From the IMG/VR virus record IMGVR_UViG_3300037042_006682, positions 64,001 to 128,000 of that record: 64,000 nucleotides of DNA; one strand, written 5' to 3'. Below, piece after piece: positions 54,981-64,000 of the stretch (the first letter of the stretch is position 1; every line of letters starts with the position of its first letter). Made by a program: the position numbers and the translations under genes. The notes beneath the pieces were generated by a model, which had not been told where the DNA came from, made no database searches, and saw nothing but the letters and a program-made list of their open reading frames with translations. The stretch comes from a virus.

Positions 54981-55376
54981 TCACTGGGGGTGCGCCTGCA
55001 GCCACGCCGCGTGCGCCTTGGCAAAGGTCTCCGCCAGCGGCACCTCCACCGGCGCCCCCGAGGGCCACGCCGTCGCGCCCGCCACCATCTCTGCTGGAAT
55101 CTGATCCGCCGTCACCCCCTTGGCAAAGCGCCCCGCCCCCACGAGCCACTGCATCACAGCCTTCGCCGCCCGCAATCGCTCACACGCCTCCTCGGGATAC
55201 CCCGCAGGAAGCTCGCCATACACCATAATATCCGCCCGCCGCTTCTCACAGGCAGGGCAGAGGGGCGTCGCCACGACCCCGATGCCCACCGTCATGTCCG
55301 CCGCTGCATACACCGTCGGCGCCCCGCACATGCACACGATCTCCACACCGTCAACTAGCAGCCGCTTGATCGACAT
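54981..55376 (-). CDS. hypothetical protein (CxC...CPAC)
   Basis: AGGAGG RBS. Confidence 0.6.
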   Translation of the reverse strand: MSIKRLLVDGVEIVCMCGAPTVYAAADMTVGIGVVATPLCPACEKRRADIMVYGELPAGYPEEACERLRAAKAVMQWLVGAGRFAKGVTADQIPAEMVAGATAWPSGAPVEVPLAETFAKAHAAWLQAHPQ

Positions 55377-55385
55377 CGCATCCTC

Positions 55386-57530
55386 CTACACGTAGGTCAC
55401 TACGGCACATCCATGCCAATACGCAGACTCATAAACATCGAGGGTGTCCGTTTCTACAGTGGCCAATGCCCCAACGCCATCCCCCGGTATCCCTGTTCCC
55501 CCAACTACCGTAGGCATAGCAGCGATGCGTATCTGCACCGTCCTCTCAAAGGTAATCGAAGCAACAAAACCGCGATAGGTCCGATGGATCTCCGAAAAGG
55601 CCACACATGGTTGCGACAAGGCAGAAGGGTTGTAAAAACCAAACCCCAATGGCACGCACTCCACGCTGCCCCCGCCCACCACGATCGGCGAGAGATGGCC
55701 TGCGAGCACCGAGTCCATCCACGAGATCGCAGTGTCCCAGCCTAGCAGCGCCCACCCCGTCGCATACCCCGACGACAAGCGACTCTTGTCGTACATCTGG
55801 AATCCGCCCAGCGCCGTGATCTCGAACATCTTGGCGTCAAAGTCGGTATCGTCCGGCCGCCACTTGCTCGTTGCCTGGTTCCAGTAGGCGTTCGTCGTGA
55901 CCATGATGGCGCCCGCCCCGCCAAAGTAGATGCGCGACTTGATGGACGAGGTGCCCCCGCTCTCCCAGAGGAGCCCCAACGCATCCTGCCCCCCCACCCC
56001 TGGCTCGTACGCGCTGGATAAGTAGGTGGTGTCGTTGCTCAGCGTCACCTGCCCGCCCGCCAGCGTCACGCCGCTGTCGAGCGTGAGGAGCCCCACCACG
56101 TTGGCGATCAGCGCCGTGATGTTGAAGATCCCCCCGCCGATGTCGAACCCGCTGGCCCCGCCCACGTTCCCCACGCGCGTGTACGCGCTCCAGTTCGCCA
56201 GGTTGTTCCAGGCGAGCCCCCCGCTGAAGGCCCCGTGCTTCGCGAGCAGCATGGGCCCCATCTGGTTGTCGGAGCTGAGCCGCAGCATCGTCACCGAGGT
56301 CTGCGGCGCGACCGGCGCGCGGTGGAAGTTCCCCGCATTGAGGTACCCGCCCACGATCGCCGCGAAGCCCAGGGGCGAGCCCCAGTACAGCGTGATCGTC
56401 TGCCCCGTCACCAGCGAGTCATCCGTGATGCCGTGCGACCGCCAGATCTGGACCGCCCCGCTCGGCGCCGTCTCGGGGTCGATCTGCGGCACGCGGCCGT
56501 TGATCGCCCCCGTCAGGATCGCGATGGCCTCGGAGACGTTCTTGCTCGTGATGCTGGTGGGGTCCCCCGCGACGTCCCGCGTCGGGATGTCCTCGGCGTG
56601 CGGGAAAACGTCGAACTCCTCCAGGAAGCGGTCGTCCGTGACGAGGTCCCGCACCGTGGCCCGCGTCCAGTACCACGCGGTCCCCGCCGGGGGCGCCGTG
56701 TCGCTCGTCTTCGTGAGGTCCAGCTTGATCCAGGGGTTCGTGACGAACCCCTCGCTGTCCGCCGTCGCCAGCGTCGTGGCCCCGCTGTCCGCATACAGCG
56801 ACGCCACCGTGATGCGCCCGTGATCGTCCCCCACGTAGGGCCCCTGGAACCGGAAGCTCCCATCCCCCGCCCCCAACTGGACATAGCTCGATTTGATCGT
56901 CCACGCGCCGCCCCCCAAGGGGCAGTACACCTTGCCCGTGATCTGGAACACGGGGGGCGCCCCCGTGGGGGCCGCGAAGTTCACGTAGGCGCGCTTCACC
57001 GTCACGCGGTCCAACGACGCCGTCATGCGGTAGCAGCTCGCCGGCGTCGCCGACGTGCTGCGGTCGATGTAGCTGTCCAAGATCGTCGTCGCCCCCATCG
57101 GGATCGTGATCTTGGCCAGGCGCACCGCGCTCCCGCTCGTGCTGGGCGCCGTGGTGTCCACGTAGAAGGCCCCGCTCGTGGGGGCCCCCGTCGCGTAGGT
57201 GCAGCTCAGGTACACGTAGTACGTCTTGGTGCTCGGCATCGTGCCGCCGCCCCCGGTGAACTGCCCACTAAGGTTCACCGCGACGTCCGTCGCGTAGCGC
57301 ACCGCGAGGGCCGCCCCGCCGGTCTTCTCCACCCACAGGTAGAAACTATCCTGCTCCCCGTTGGGCGTGATCTTGACCGTCTGGGTGCCCTGCGCCATGA
57401 CGTAGCCCCCCCGGTAGATGCCAGGGTCCAGCACCGCAAGCGCCTTGTTGATCCCCTCGGAGACATAGGTCTCGCGCCACCGCACCTTCATCTGCGCCTC
57501 GGGGATCACGACCGTCTGTACTACCGCCAT
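55386..57530 (-). CDS. tail fibre / baseplate-associated structural protein
   Basis: G/T/S-rich; PGIYRG N-terminus; VRLAKITIP; tail module context. Confidence 0.7.
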   Translation of the reverse strand: MAVVQTVVIPEAQMKVRWRETYVSEGINKALAVLDPGIYRGGYVMAQGTQTVKITPNGEQDSFYLWVEKTGGAALAVRYATDVAVNLSGQFTGGGGTMPSTKTYYVYLSCTYATGAPTSGAFYVDTTAPSTSGSAVRLAKITIPMGATTILDSYIDRSTSATPASCYRMTASLDRVTVKRAYVNFAAPTGAPPVFQITGKVYCPLGGGAWTIKSSYVQLGAGDGSFRFQGPYVGDDHGRITVASLYADSGATTLATADSEGFVTNPWIKLDLTKTSDTAPPAGTAWYWTRATVRDLVTDDRFLEEFDVFPHAEDIPTRDVAGDPTSITSKNVSEAIAILTGAINGRVPQIDPETAPSGAVQIWRSHGITDDSLVTGQTITLYWGSPLGFAAIVGGYLNAGNFHRAPVAPQTSVTMLRLSSDNQMGPMLLAKHGAFSGGLAWNNLANWSAYTRVGNVGGASGFDIGGGIFNITALIANVVGLLTLDSGVTLAGGQVTLSNDTTYLSSAYEPGVGGQDALGLLWESGGTSSIKSRIYFGGAGAIMVTTNAYWNQATSKWRPDDTDFDAKMFEITALGGFQMYDKSRLSSGYATGWALLGWDTAISWMDSVLAGHLSPIVVGGGSVECVPLGFGFYNPSALSQPCVAFSEIHRTYRGFVASITFERTVQIRIAAMPTVVGGTGIPGDGVGALATVETDTLDVYESAYWHGCAVVTYV

Positions 57531-57549
57531 GGCTTACCTACCTCGCTCG

Positions 57550-57569
57550 CTGCGTACGCGCGTACGCAG
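57550..57569. promoter_or_regulatory. 20-bp RY palindrome CTGCGTACGCGCGTACGCAG
   Basis: intergenic, upstream of the RBS for 57530. Confidence 0.6.
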
Positions 57570-57571
57570 GG

Positions 57572-58069
57572 TCAGTCCTCTAGGATCCCACACTTGAAAA
57601 ACACCAGCATCGCCTCGGCATCGAGGATGCCGTCGGGGATCTCGGTCCGCTTGATCTTGTAGGGCTCGAAGTCGGTGGTGAGCCGGAGCAGCTCCTCCTC
57701 CTTCTTCGTCAACGCCTGCTCATCGATCTCCGCCTGGGGGTGCTCCTGACGGAGGGCCGCCTGGGCGATCTCCAGGGCGTCGGGATGCGCGATCTGATAC
57801 CGGAAGGCCCCCGGCTGATCCATGATCGGCGTCCGCTTGGGCTCCCCCGCCGCCGTCTTCTCCGCGTGCGCCTCGACCAGCTTGTTCCGCGCCGTGCTGA
57901 ACGCCTTCATGGCCTCCGTGGGCTCGATCTGCTTCTTGAGATCCTCGATCGGCTTGTCGAGCTTCGCCCGATTCCGCGCGATGGCCCACGCCACATTCGT
58001 CACCTTGACCGCACTGTGCCGCCGCAACGTCGCGTCGCACACCAACATCAACTCGTTCAACAACTGCAT
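57572..58069 (-). CDS. helical phage protein (tail-associated, hypothetical)
   Basis: AAGGAG RBS; WAIARN...L pattern. Confidence 0.65.
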   Translation of the reverse strand: MQLLNELMLVCDATLRRHSAVKVTNVAWAIARNRAKLDKPIEDLKKQIEPTEAMKAFSTARNKLVEAHAEKTAAGEPKRTPIMDQPGAFRYQIAHPDALEIAQAALRQEHPQAEIDEQALTKKEEELLRLTTDFEPYKIKRTEIPDGILDAEAMLVFFKCGILED

Positions 58070-58181
58070 CGTCCTGCTCCTTCATTGGCCACGTTCAACC
58101 GTCCATCTTTGAGTGGTTCTTACTCAAGCCACGCTACCACAGCCGATCGCCCCCCGCCAACCTTCCGCGCACCCATGCACG

Positions 58182-58436
58182 TCACGCCACGGGGATCTTC
58201 GCGATCTCCGCCTCGACCACCATGGCCTGCGCATCGAGCGCCGTGAGCTGCGCCTCCAGGCGGGGCTTCACGGTCCCCATCGCATAGGCCACCGCCACCG
58301 CGATGCGGTCCGGCTCCGTCGCCCCGAACACGAGCGCCTCGACCTGCTCCGTCGTCACGCCACCCCCGCCCATGCCCAAGTAATACTGCCGCAGCATCTC
58401 GTTCGCCCACGCCTTCTGATCCGTTGTAAAGGCCAT
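58182..58436 (-). CDS. hypothetical protein
   Basis: AGGAG RBS. Confidence 0.65.
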   Translation of the reverse strand: MAFTTDQKAWANEMLRQYYLGMGGGGVTTEQVEALVFGATEPDRIAVAVAYAMGTVKPRLEAQLTALDAQAMVVEAEIAKIPVA

Positions 58437-58451
58437 CCACGTGCTCCTGGG

Positions 58452-61400
58452 TTAGTACCGCGTGATCTGATTGGGCATCCGTGCGTCACACGGATCGGGG
58501 ATGAAATTCTGCTTATACTTCGCCACCCCCACATGACACTGGAAGTTGCTGATCGATCCCGCCATCGACCGACTCGCCGCCTGCGCATCATTGAAAAACG
58601 TCGGGGTTGCCGACGAGGCCCCGACCAACGTCGTCGTCGTGACGCTCTCGGACATATAGCCATTCTTAAACATCTTCAACGAGGACCCACTGCGCACGAC
58701 CGCGATATGCGTCCACCCAATACCGAGAACCGACGAATTCACGGTCGCCGCCAAGGTCCGCGTAACATCGTACAACATCGCCTGGATGATTTTGCCTGTC
58801 GTCTGGACAATCTGGAACCCATAGTTGTTGCCCCCCATCAAGGCGCATCCCCCCACCACGATCCCATACACCCCTGAACCGGGGGCACTCGTCAAGTGGA
58901 CCCAAAACTCAATCGTGAAGTCCCCCGCCCCCAACGACAGCGGCATCCGAATGGCCGTCTGTGGCACGACCTCTACACCAAACGCCACGACCCACCACGG
59001 CTGGCTCATCGACCCGTTACATTCAATCTTTGGAGACGCTTTTACTGTCGGAGATACCTTGCGCGACCCATGCACCCAATGCTGGCACTCCGCCGTGTAG
59101 GCCCGGCGATACTGATCCACCGTGGTCGGCGGCGTAAAGGCCCCCGTCCACAACGCCTTGCCCACAAAGATCCGCAACTGGTCGGCATACCCCGCCGTCG
59201 TCTCATTCGTCGTCCCATACGCTGCCCACCCCAACGCCACCCAATTTATGAGGGAGTAGTTCGACGCGACGACCTGCGAGCACACGGAAACCCCACCGAC
59301 ATACAGCGTGATCGTCGTTCCCACCCGCACTAACGCGACGTGCTGCCAGACATTCGCGATGCGCGACGTATACGAGGGCACCACGTACTGGACCGATCCG
59401 TTATAGACGGAAAAACAGAAATAACCGCTAGTGTTGGTGTAAATCCGGATCGCCCCATATGTCTCCACCGAACTTAACGGCCAATTACACGAATTCACAA
59501 ACAAATCGAATTCCGTTAAACTGTATGATCCTCTTGTCCAGAAATCGACCGTAAAATCCTGCGTACCAAAGACCGTCCCATTGACCGGCGTCGCGATCCA
59601 CCCCGGTGTCGATAAAACATCATGACTGAATTCAGCCAGTGCAACACGATCATACGGCATCACCTGCGTCGTCCCCGTCAAAAACTCGGGTGACACCGAG
59701 GCAATACTACCGCTATGCACGAAATCCCGCCGATCCGTCGGCGGCGTAAAACTGGTCGTCCACAAGGCCGTCCCCTTCAACACCTCAACACAGGCAATGG
59801 CCCCCAAGATCAACTGCTGTCCCGACGGATTAGCCCCCCCACTATCTCCAATGGTAAAATACCCGGACATGTTGTCCCAATACTCGGTGCTCGATGTCTC
59901 GCTGCCCCCACTAACCCCGTCAATATAGACCGTCGTCGTCGTCCCACTGCGCACGATCGCCGCGTGATGCCAATTACCATCATTAAGCGTCACGCCTGCG
60001 CGGGAGGCCGTAATCGCGTGCTCCGTTGCCCCCGCATTGACCGCCTTCCATCCCAGTTGTGTCGCACTATTGATCGACAGACGGAACGCCACGCTCGTAT
60101 TAGAAAGTGCCACACCACGGTTCAAAAGAATCTTAGGGTACGCCGTCCCCGCATAACGAAACCACAGGTGGATCGTGAAGGGGTCATTGGCTAGGTAATA
60201 CTTGTTCCCCGTACCAGCTTCATAAATGGCTTCAAACTTTGTAAAGTCAAAGGCCGTCTGGACACAGCACGCCCGCGCCCCCGACTGGAAGGCGATCGCA
60301 TACCCCATGCCCCCAAAAGTGCGGTGCATCCGTTGATAGTTGGATGTCCCCCCCGTGCTGATCAGCCCCGCCGGACGCTCCGCCCGCCGGGCCATCGACC
60401 CCCCCGTATTCGTCGCGACCGTCCCGCCCCTGACGGGCATCCCGCGATACTCGGACAAGGTTCCCCCCAAACTACCTGGGAAACTCATCCCATCGGGGCC
60501 AGCATCCACCAGACGAAAGCCCAACCCCACCTCTACACTATTCCCACGCAGGAAGAACTTGACGTTGCTCATCTCCGCGTAGTCCGCCGTGGTCACCGGC
60601 GGCGTAAAGGGCGCCGTCCACCGCGCAGCGGCCGTGAACCGTATGTTCACCATCCTGCCATAATGGAACGCCGCCGACACACTACCCACCGTGAACGGTT
60701 GAGACGAAGACAGGCTCTGCCACGGCGTGGGTTGTGAACTGTATGCCGGTTCCACCCCGTTGACATACAACTTCCCCTGTCCCGCCCCCATCCCACTGCG
60801 CACAAAGGCCACATGCGTCCATTTACGTTGCGGCACCACTCCGGCCACAGAGACGACCGCATCCCCCGTTCCGCACGATAACGCCCCCGTTTTGGTCACC
60901 AGGAAAGAGTAATCGCTCGATCGACTGCAAATCTCGGTAATATATTGACTGGCATTATTCCACTCGCTGAACACCCAGGCATCCAACGTGTAATTCCCGT
61001 ATCCTAGGTTAAACGGCGTGGTGCTACTCGTCTGGGCATACCATGTGGCTTCCAGGTGTTCCAATTGCTCTTCATCATCGACGAACACCACCGAACTGTT
61101 CTTACGCAACATTTTTGTGGGCGGCGCGAAGTCCCCCGCATACAACGCCTGACCAATCGCAATGCGCAAACCAGCAATCTTGCCAAGAAAATAATTAACC
61201 GCTGTATAATATCCAGTAAACTCCGCCGCTAACATCAATGGGGCACTTGTAAATTCCAAGACCGAGGAACCAATGCTAAAGGTCTCTGTCTTCCCATCAA
61301 TGGCAAACAACAGACTGCTACCCACACGACTGATCGCCACATGGTACCATCGAGACAACTCTAGCGTTACCGTACTATCCACAGTCACCGTCGCCCCTGA

Positions 61401-63023
61401 CGCGGTTGAATACAGAAAGGCCAATCGGTAAATCGCCGCTTGTACCTTTAACGCCCAACCCATATACACAGACGCTTCCTGCATCGAAACAATGCACTTG
61501 CCGTATCCAGTGGCCAAAGACACCCAACATTCAATCGTAAAATCCTGTGACGTGATCACCATCTTTGAATACGGATTGTTATAGCGTGTTTTAGCCGTCC
61601 CCGTCGTCACCGTCCACACCCGATCTGGTTTGGCCTTATCAAAGATGTTAACCCCCGATTGAATATAACCAAAATCCTGATCCCCCGGAATTAAAACCTT
61701 GGTATTCGCCGTAACGGTATAGGACGCCTCCGATGGCACGGTAAAACTGGTCCCCGTCCATAGTGCCGCGCCCAGGGTGACGCGAAAATACGACAGAAAC
61801 AAAGAAGCAACATTGTAATAATTCCCACCTATGTAAACATCATACCCATTAAGATTTTTTATACTAACCGTGATCGCCTCATCCGTACCACACTGTACGC
61901 CATCCTGGAACATACGCAGGACATTCCCCGTACGCACCCACGCGACATGATGCCACGCACCATTCTGATTCGAGACAGGCGTCGTCTTTGTCACTGTCGT
62001 CGTATTAATACCATCCGAACTATAAATAAAGGTCAAAGCGTTAGCACTAGCCCGACAGATCCAACACATCCCGCCCGACGCACCATACTTTGTGTACACC
62101 TCGTCCACATAAAATCTGATCCATACATCCACCGTAAAATCCGCACTGCCAAACGACAACTGCGTCCCACTGTCATTCCACCGCAACGACGCCCCGTCGA
62201 TCCACAAATACGGATTCGACGCGAAATCCTGTGTCCACGAATACGACGCATTCCCCTCCCACGTGCGCGCTTGGATCCCCCCCTGCCCCGTAACCAGGGC
62301 GGTCCCCACGGGCGTCGGTACCATCTTGCTGATCGCATTGCCCACCGTGTCCAACGTCCAGTCATACCATGTCGCACACCCCGCTGGCCGAGGGGGGGGC
62401 ACATTGCGCCGTGGCGGCGTGAACGCCGCTGTCCACAATGCCTTCCCCTTCACCACGCGCGTCCACCCCAGTTCCCCAGCAAAATACGTTGAACCATCGG
62501 TCCCGAGCCTAACCGAACCGGCGGTCGTCGTCGTCCCACTGGCCGTCTGGGTCCCGACCTGGACCCCATTCGCAAACAGTCGATGTACATTGCCACTGCG
62601 TGTAACGGCTACATGTGTCCATACGCCTGTGAGCAACGCATTATTCGTACTAGAAAAACTTACCAAATTCGTCACAACCGTCATCGCCTGATTAGCTGCC
62701 GTCGACAGTCTTAATGACTCAATATTACAGAAACACTGTACACCAATGCTATCCCGCATAACGTACAAATCAACCGTGTAATCCCCCGTGCCAAAATCCA
62801 ACTGATACCCGTAGGTGCTAGAATCAGTCAGCGTAGAACTCGTTCCATTGTATATCATCCCCTCTAGTGGCATCATTTTTTCAGTATTGATCTCTGTGTG
62901 CGAGACACTGACATTCGTTCCCGTGTATGTATAACGCCGATTGCCCCGCGAGGGATTGAACGGGATCACGCAAGGCAACCCCCGTGGCACTTCCCGCGTC
63001 CACCGCTTTTGCCCACCCGGCAT
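58452..63023 (-). CDS. large multi-LamG (concanavalin A-like) repeat tail/receptor-binding protein
   Basis: about 7 repeats of DFT(V/I)(D/E).W...W.HVA.VR.G....(Y/F).(D/N)G...G.ALWT..FTPP; lower GC. Confidence 0.85.
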   Translation of the reverse strand: MPGGQKRWTREVPRGLPCVIPFNPSRGNRRYTYTGTNVSVSHTEINTEKMMPLEGMIYNGTSSTLTDSSTYGYQLDFGTGDYTVDLYVMRDSIGVQCFCNIESLRLSTAANQAMTVVTNLVSFSSTNNALLTGVWTHVAVTRSGNVHRLFANGVQVGTQTASGTTTTAGSVRLGTDGSTYFAGELGWTRVVKGKALWTAAFTPPRRNVPPPRPAGCATWYDWTLDTVGNAISKMVPTPVGTALVTGQGGIQARTWEGNASYSWTQDFASNPYLWIDGASLRWNDSGTQLSFGSADFTVDVWIRFYVDEVYTKYGASGGMCWICRASANALTFIYSSDGINTTTVTKTTPVSNQNGAWHHVAWVRTGNVLRMFQDGVQCGTDEAITVSIKNLNGYDVYIGGNYYNVASLFLSYFRVTLGAALWTGTSFTVPSEASYTVTANTKVLIPGDQDFGYIQSGVNIFDKAKPDRVWTVTTGTAKTRYNNPYSKMVITSQDFTIECWVSLATGYGKCIVSMQEASVYMGWALKVQAAIYRLAFLYSTASGATVTVDSTVTLELSRWYHVAISRVGSSLLFAIDGKTETFSIGSSVLEFTSAPLMLAAEFTGYYTAVNYFLGKIAGLRIAIGQALYAGDFAPPTKMLRKNSSVVFVDDEEQLEHLEATWYAQTSSTTPFNLGYGNYTLDAWVFSEWNNASQYITEICSRSSDYSFLVTKTGALSCGTGDAVVSVAGVVPQRKWTHVAFVRSGMGAGQGKLYVNGVEPAYSSQPTPWQSLSSSQPFTVGSVSAAFHYGRMVNIRFTAAARWTAPFTPPVTTADYAEMSNVKFFLRGNSVEVGLGFRLVDAGPDGMSFPGSLGGTLSEYRGMPVRGGTVATNTGGSMARRAERPAGLISTGGTSNYQRMHRTFGGMGYAIAFQSGARACCVQTAFDFTKFEAIYEAGTGNKYYLANDPFTIHLWFRYAGTAYPKILLNRGVALSNTSVAFRLSINSATQLGWKAVNAGATEHAITASRAGVTLNDGNWHHAAIVRSGTTTTVYIDGVSGGSETSSTEYWDNMSGYFTIGDSGGANPSGQQLILGAIACVEVLKGTALWTTSFTPPTDRRDFVHSGSIASVSPEFLTGTTQVMPYDRVALAEFSHDVLSTPGWIATPVNGTVFGTQDFTVDFWTRGSYSLTEFDLFVNSCNWPLSSVETYGAIRIYTNTSGYFCFSVYNGSVQYVVPSYTSRIANVWQHVALVRVGTTITLYVGGVSVCSQVVASNYSLINWVALGWAAYGTTNETTAGYADQLRIFVGKALWTGAFTPPTTVDQYRRAYTAECQHWVHGSRKVSPTVKASPKIECNGSMSQPWWVVAFGVEVVPQTAIRMPLSLGAGDFTIEFWVHLTSAPGSGVYGIVVGGCALMGGNNYGFQIVQTTGKIIQAMLYDVTRTLAATVNSSVLGIGWTHIAVVRSGSSLKMFKNGYMSESVTTTTLVGASSATPTFFNDAQAASRSMAGSISNFQCHVGVAKYKQNFIPDPCDARMPNQITRY

Positions 63024-63026
63024 GGC

Positions 63027-64000
63027 CTACAGCACCACGAAGACGAGTTGCACGCTCGCCGTCAACGCATCGTCGTTGGTCCCCGCCGCATCCGTACTCA
63101 ACTCGATCGCCTGGCCATTGGTGATCCCGTAGTTCGCCGTGCTGATGTCCACCGCCGACGAGACCCAGACCGTATTGCTCATGTCCCACCCGTTGTTCGA
63201 GTTCGCCGTGCCCACCTTGTTCCCGTTGACCACCGCATTGAGGCGCGGTTGCAACGTCCCCGTGTCCATGCTCTCGGTCTTGTGCACCACCCGCACACAA
63301 TAGGCGGGGCCATGCTCCCAGCGCGCCCACTGCCCCATCACGTCCCACAACAGGGTCGTGCTCGCCACCGTCGCAAAGGCCCCGTCCAGGCGGAACTCTC
63401 GCAGGACCACGTTGGAAAGCGCCGCGTATTCCAACTCGTCGTCATCGTTCGTCGTCATGGGCGCCCCGGCGATCGTCACCGTGCCCGTGCTGTACCCCGT
63501 CACGATCCCGTAGCGCCAGGTCCCCGCCGTCGCGCGATACCGCAGGGGCCGTCCCGCCACGAAGATCCCCTGGTTCGTCGCGTTGTCCGTCACCGTGAAC
63601 GTGCTGTCTGCCGTCCGCGTGAACGGCGTCACCGCCGTCCAGGAACTCGCGCCTCCCCCACTGCTGCTCGCGGGCTGGTCGTACCACCCCTTGGTGCCCG
63701 AGGCGTTCGTCCCATAGAGCTTCGTGTTGCCCGGCGTCGCACTATCGTTGACGAGGTTGACCGTCGTGGTCCCCGTGATCGAGTGCTGGAAGGTGATCGG
63801 CGCCTGGTAGTCGGTCCCCGCCGATGCCGCACTAATGAGCCCCGCCGTCGCCTTGAGCAGGCCGCCCAGGGCCGTTGCCAACGTCGTGGTGCCCACCACC
63901 TCCACGTTCCCGTCCAGGTACGTGACCCCGTTGACCTCCAACCGGCCCGCCACGAGGAGGTCCGCGTCCGTGTTGAAGGTGTGCGAGGTCGTCCCGCTAA
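63027..64000 (-). CDS. tail fibre protein (partial, starts beyond window)
   Basis: frame open to the window edge; GLLKATAG.ISAA.AGTDY fibre motif; T/G/S-rich. Confidence 0.7.
   Translation of the reverse strand, partial: SGTTSHTFNTDADLLVAGRLEVNGVTYLDGNVEVVGTTTLATALGGLLKATAGLISAASAGTDYQAPITFQHSITGTTTVNLVNDSATPGNTKLYGTNASGTKGWYDQPASSSGGGASSWTAVTPFTRTADSTFTVTDNATNQGIFVAGRPLRYRATAGTWRYGIVTGYSTGTVTIAGAPMTTNDDDELEYAALSNVVLREFRLDGAFATVASTTLLWDVMGQWARWEHGPAYCVRVVHKTESMDTGTLQPRLNAVVNGNKVGTANSNNGWDMSNTVWVSSAVDISTANYGITNGQAIELSTDAAGTNDDALTASVQLVFVVL

Noticed and set aside
1-64000. Many long plus-strand ORFs (e.g. 1511-3115, 47022-48581, 51313-53862)
   Set aside because: Antisense shadows of GC3-rich minus-strand genes; R/P/H-rich, no RBS or recognisable motifs.
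40353-64000. Bacterial eCIS/tailocin with effector array
   Set aside because: Contiguous with phage replication and accessory genes on one strand; a phage genome is the simpler reading.
55386-64000. Diversity-generating retroelement target
   Set aside because: No reverse transcriptase or adenine-mismatched repeat pair seen in the window.
1-64000. Stop-codon reassignment
   Set aside because: Conserved genes read through intact in code 11 and end at TAG, TGA and TAA with tight packing.

Overview
64 kb of a high-GC, large tailed-phage (myovirus-like) genome. Essentially every credible gene lies on the minus strand. Read right to left in transcription order: (i) tail fibre and baseplate module (50.2-64 kb); (ii) an array of about 14 unrelated proteins sharing an N-terminal 'M..[ML]..L[ILMV]E' leader (40.3-52 kb), probably capsid-internal cargo cleaved after Glu; (iii) a palindrome- and GATC-rich non-coding gap (38.5-39.2 kb); (iv) an accessory region with BRO-N, two DNA methyltransferases (one split by a C8 tract in its DPPY motif), dTMP kinase, HARP/SNF2 helicase, SLT muramidase, a KH protein and many small ORFs behind sigma70-like TTGACAAAC promoters; (v) a replication module with DnaC-like loader, DnaB helicase, primase, SSB, a tmRNA, an HNH nuclease, a tRNA-like RNA and an SF2 helicase. 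There are three inteins. The most striking observations are an intein whose endonuclease is overprinted in a different reading frame, a family of 18-bp alternating purine/pyrimidine palindromes placed just upstream of genes and of the tmRNA, and the shared-leader cargo array. All functional calls come from motif recognition by eye; no database searches were run.
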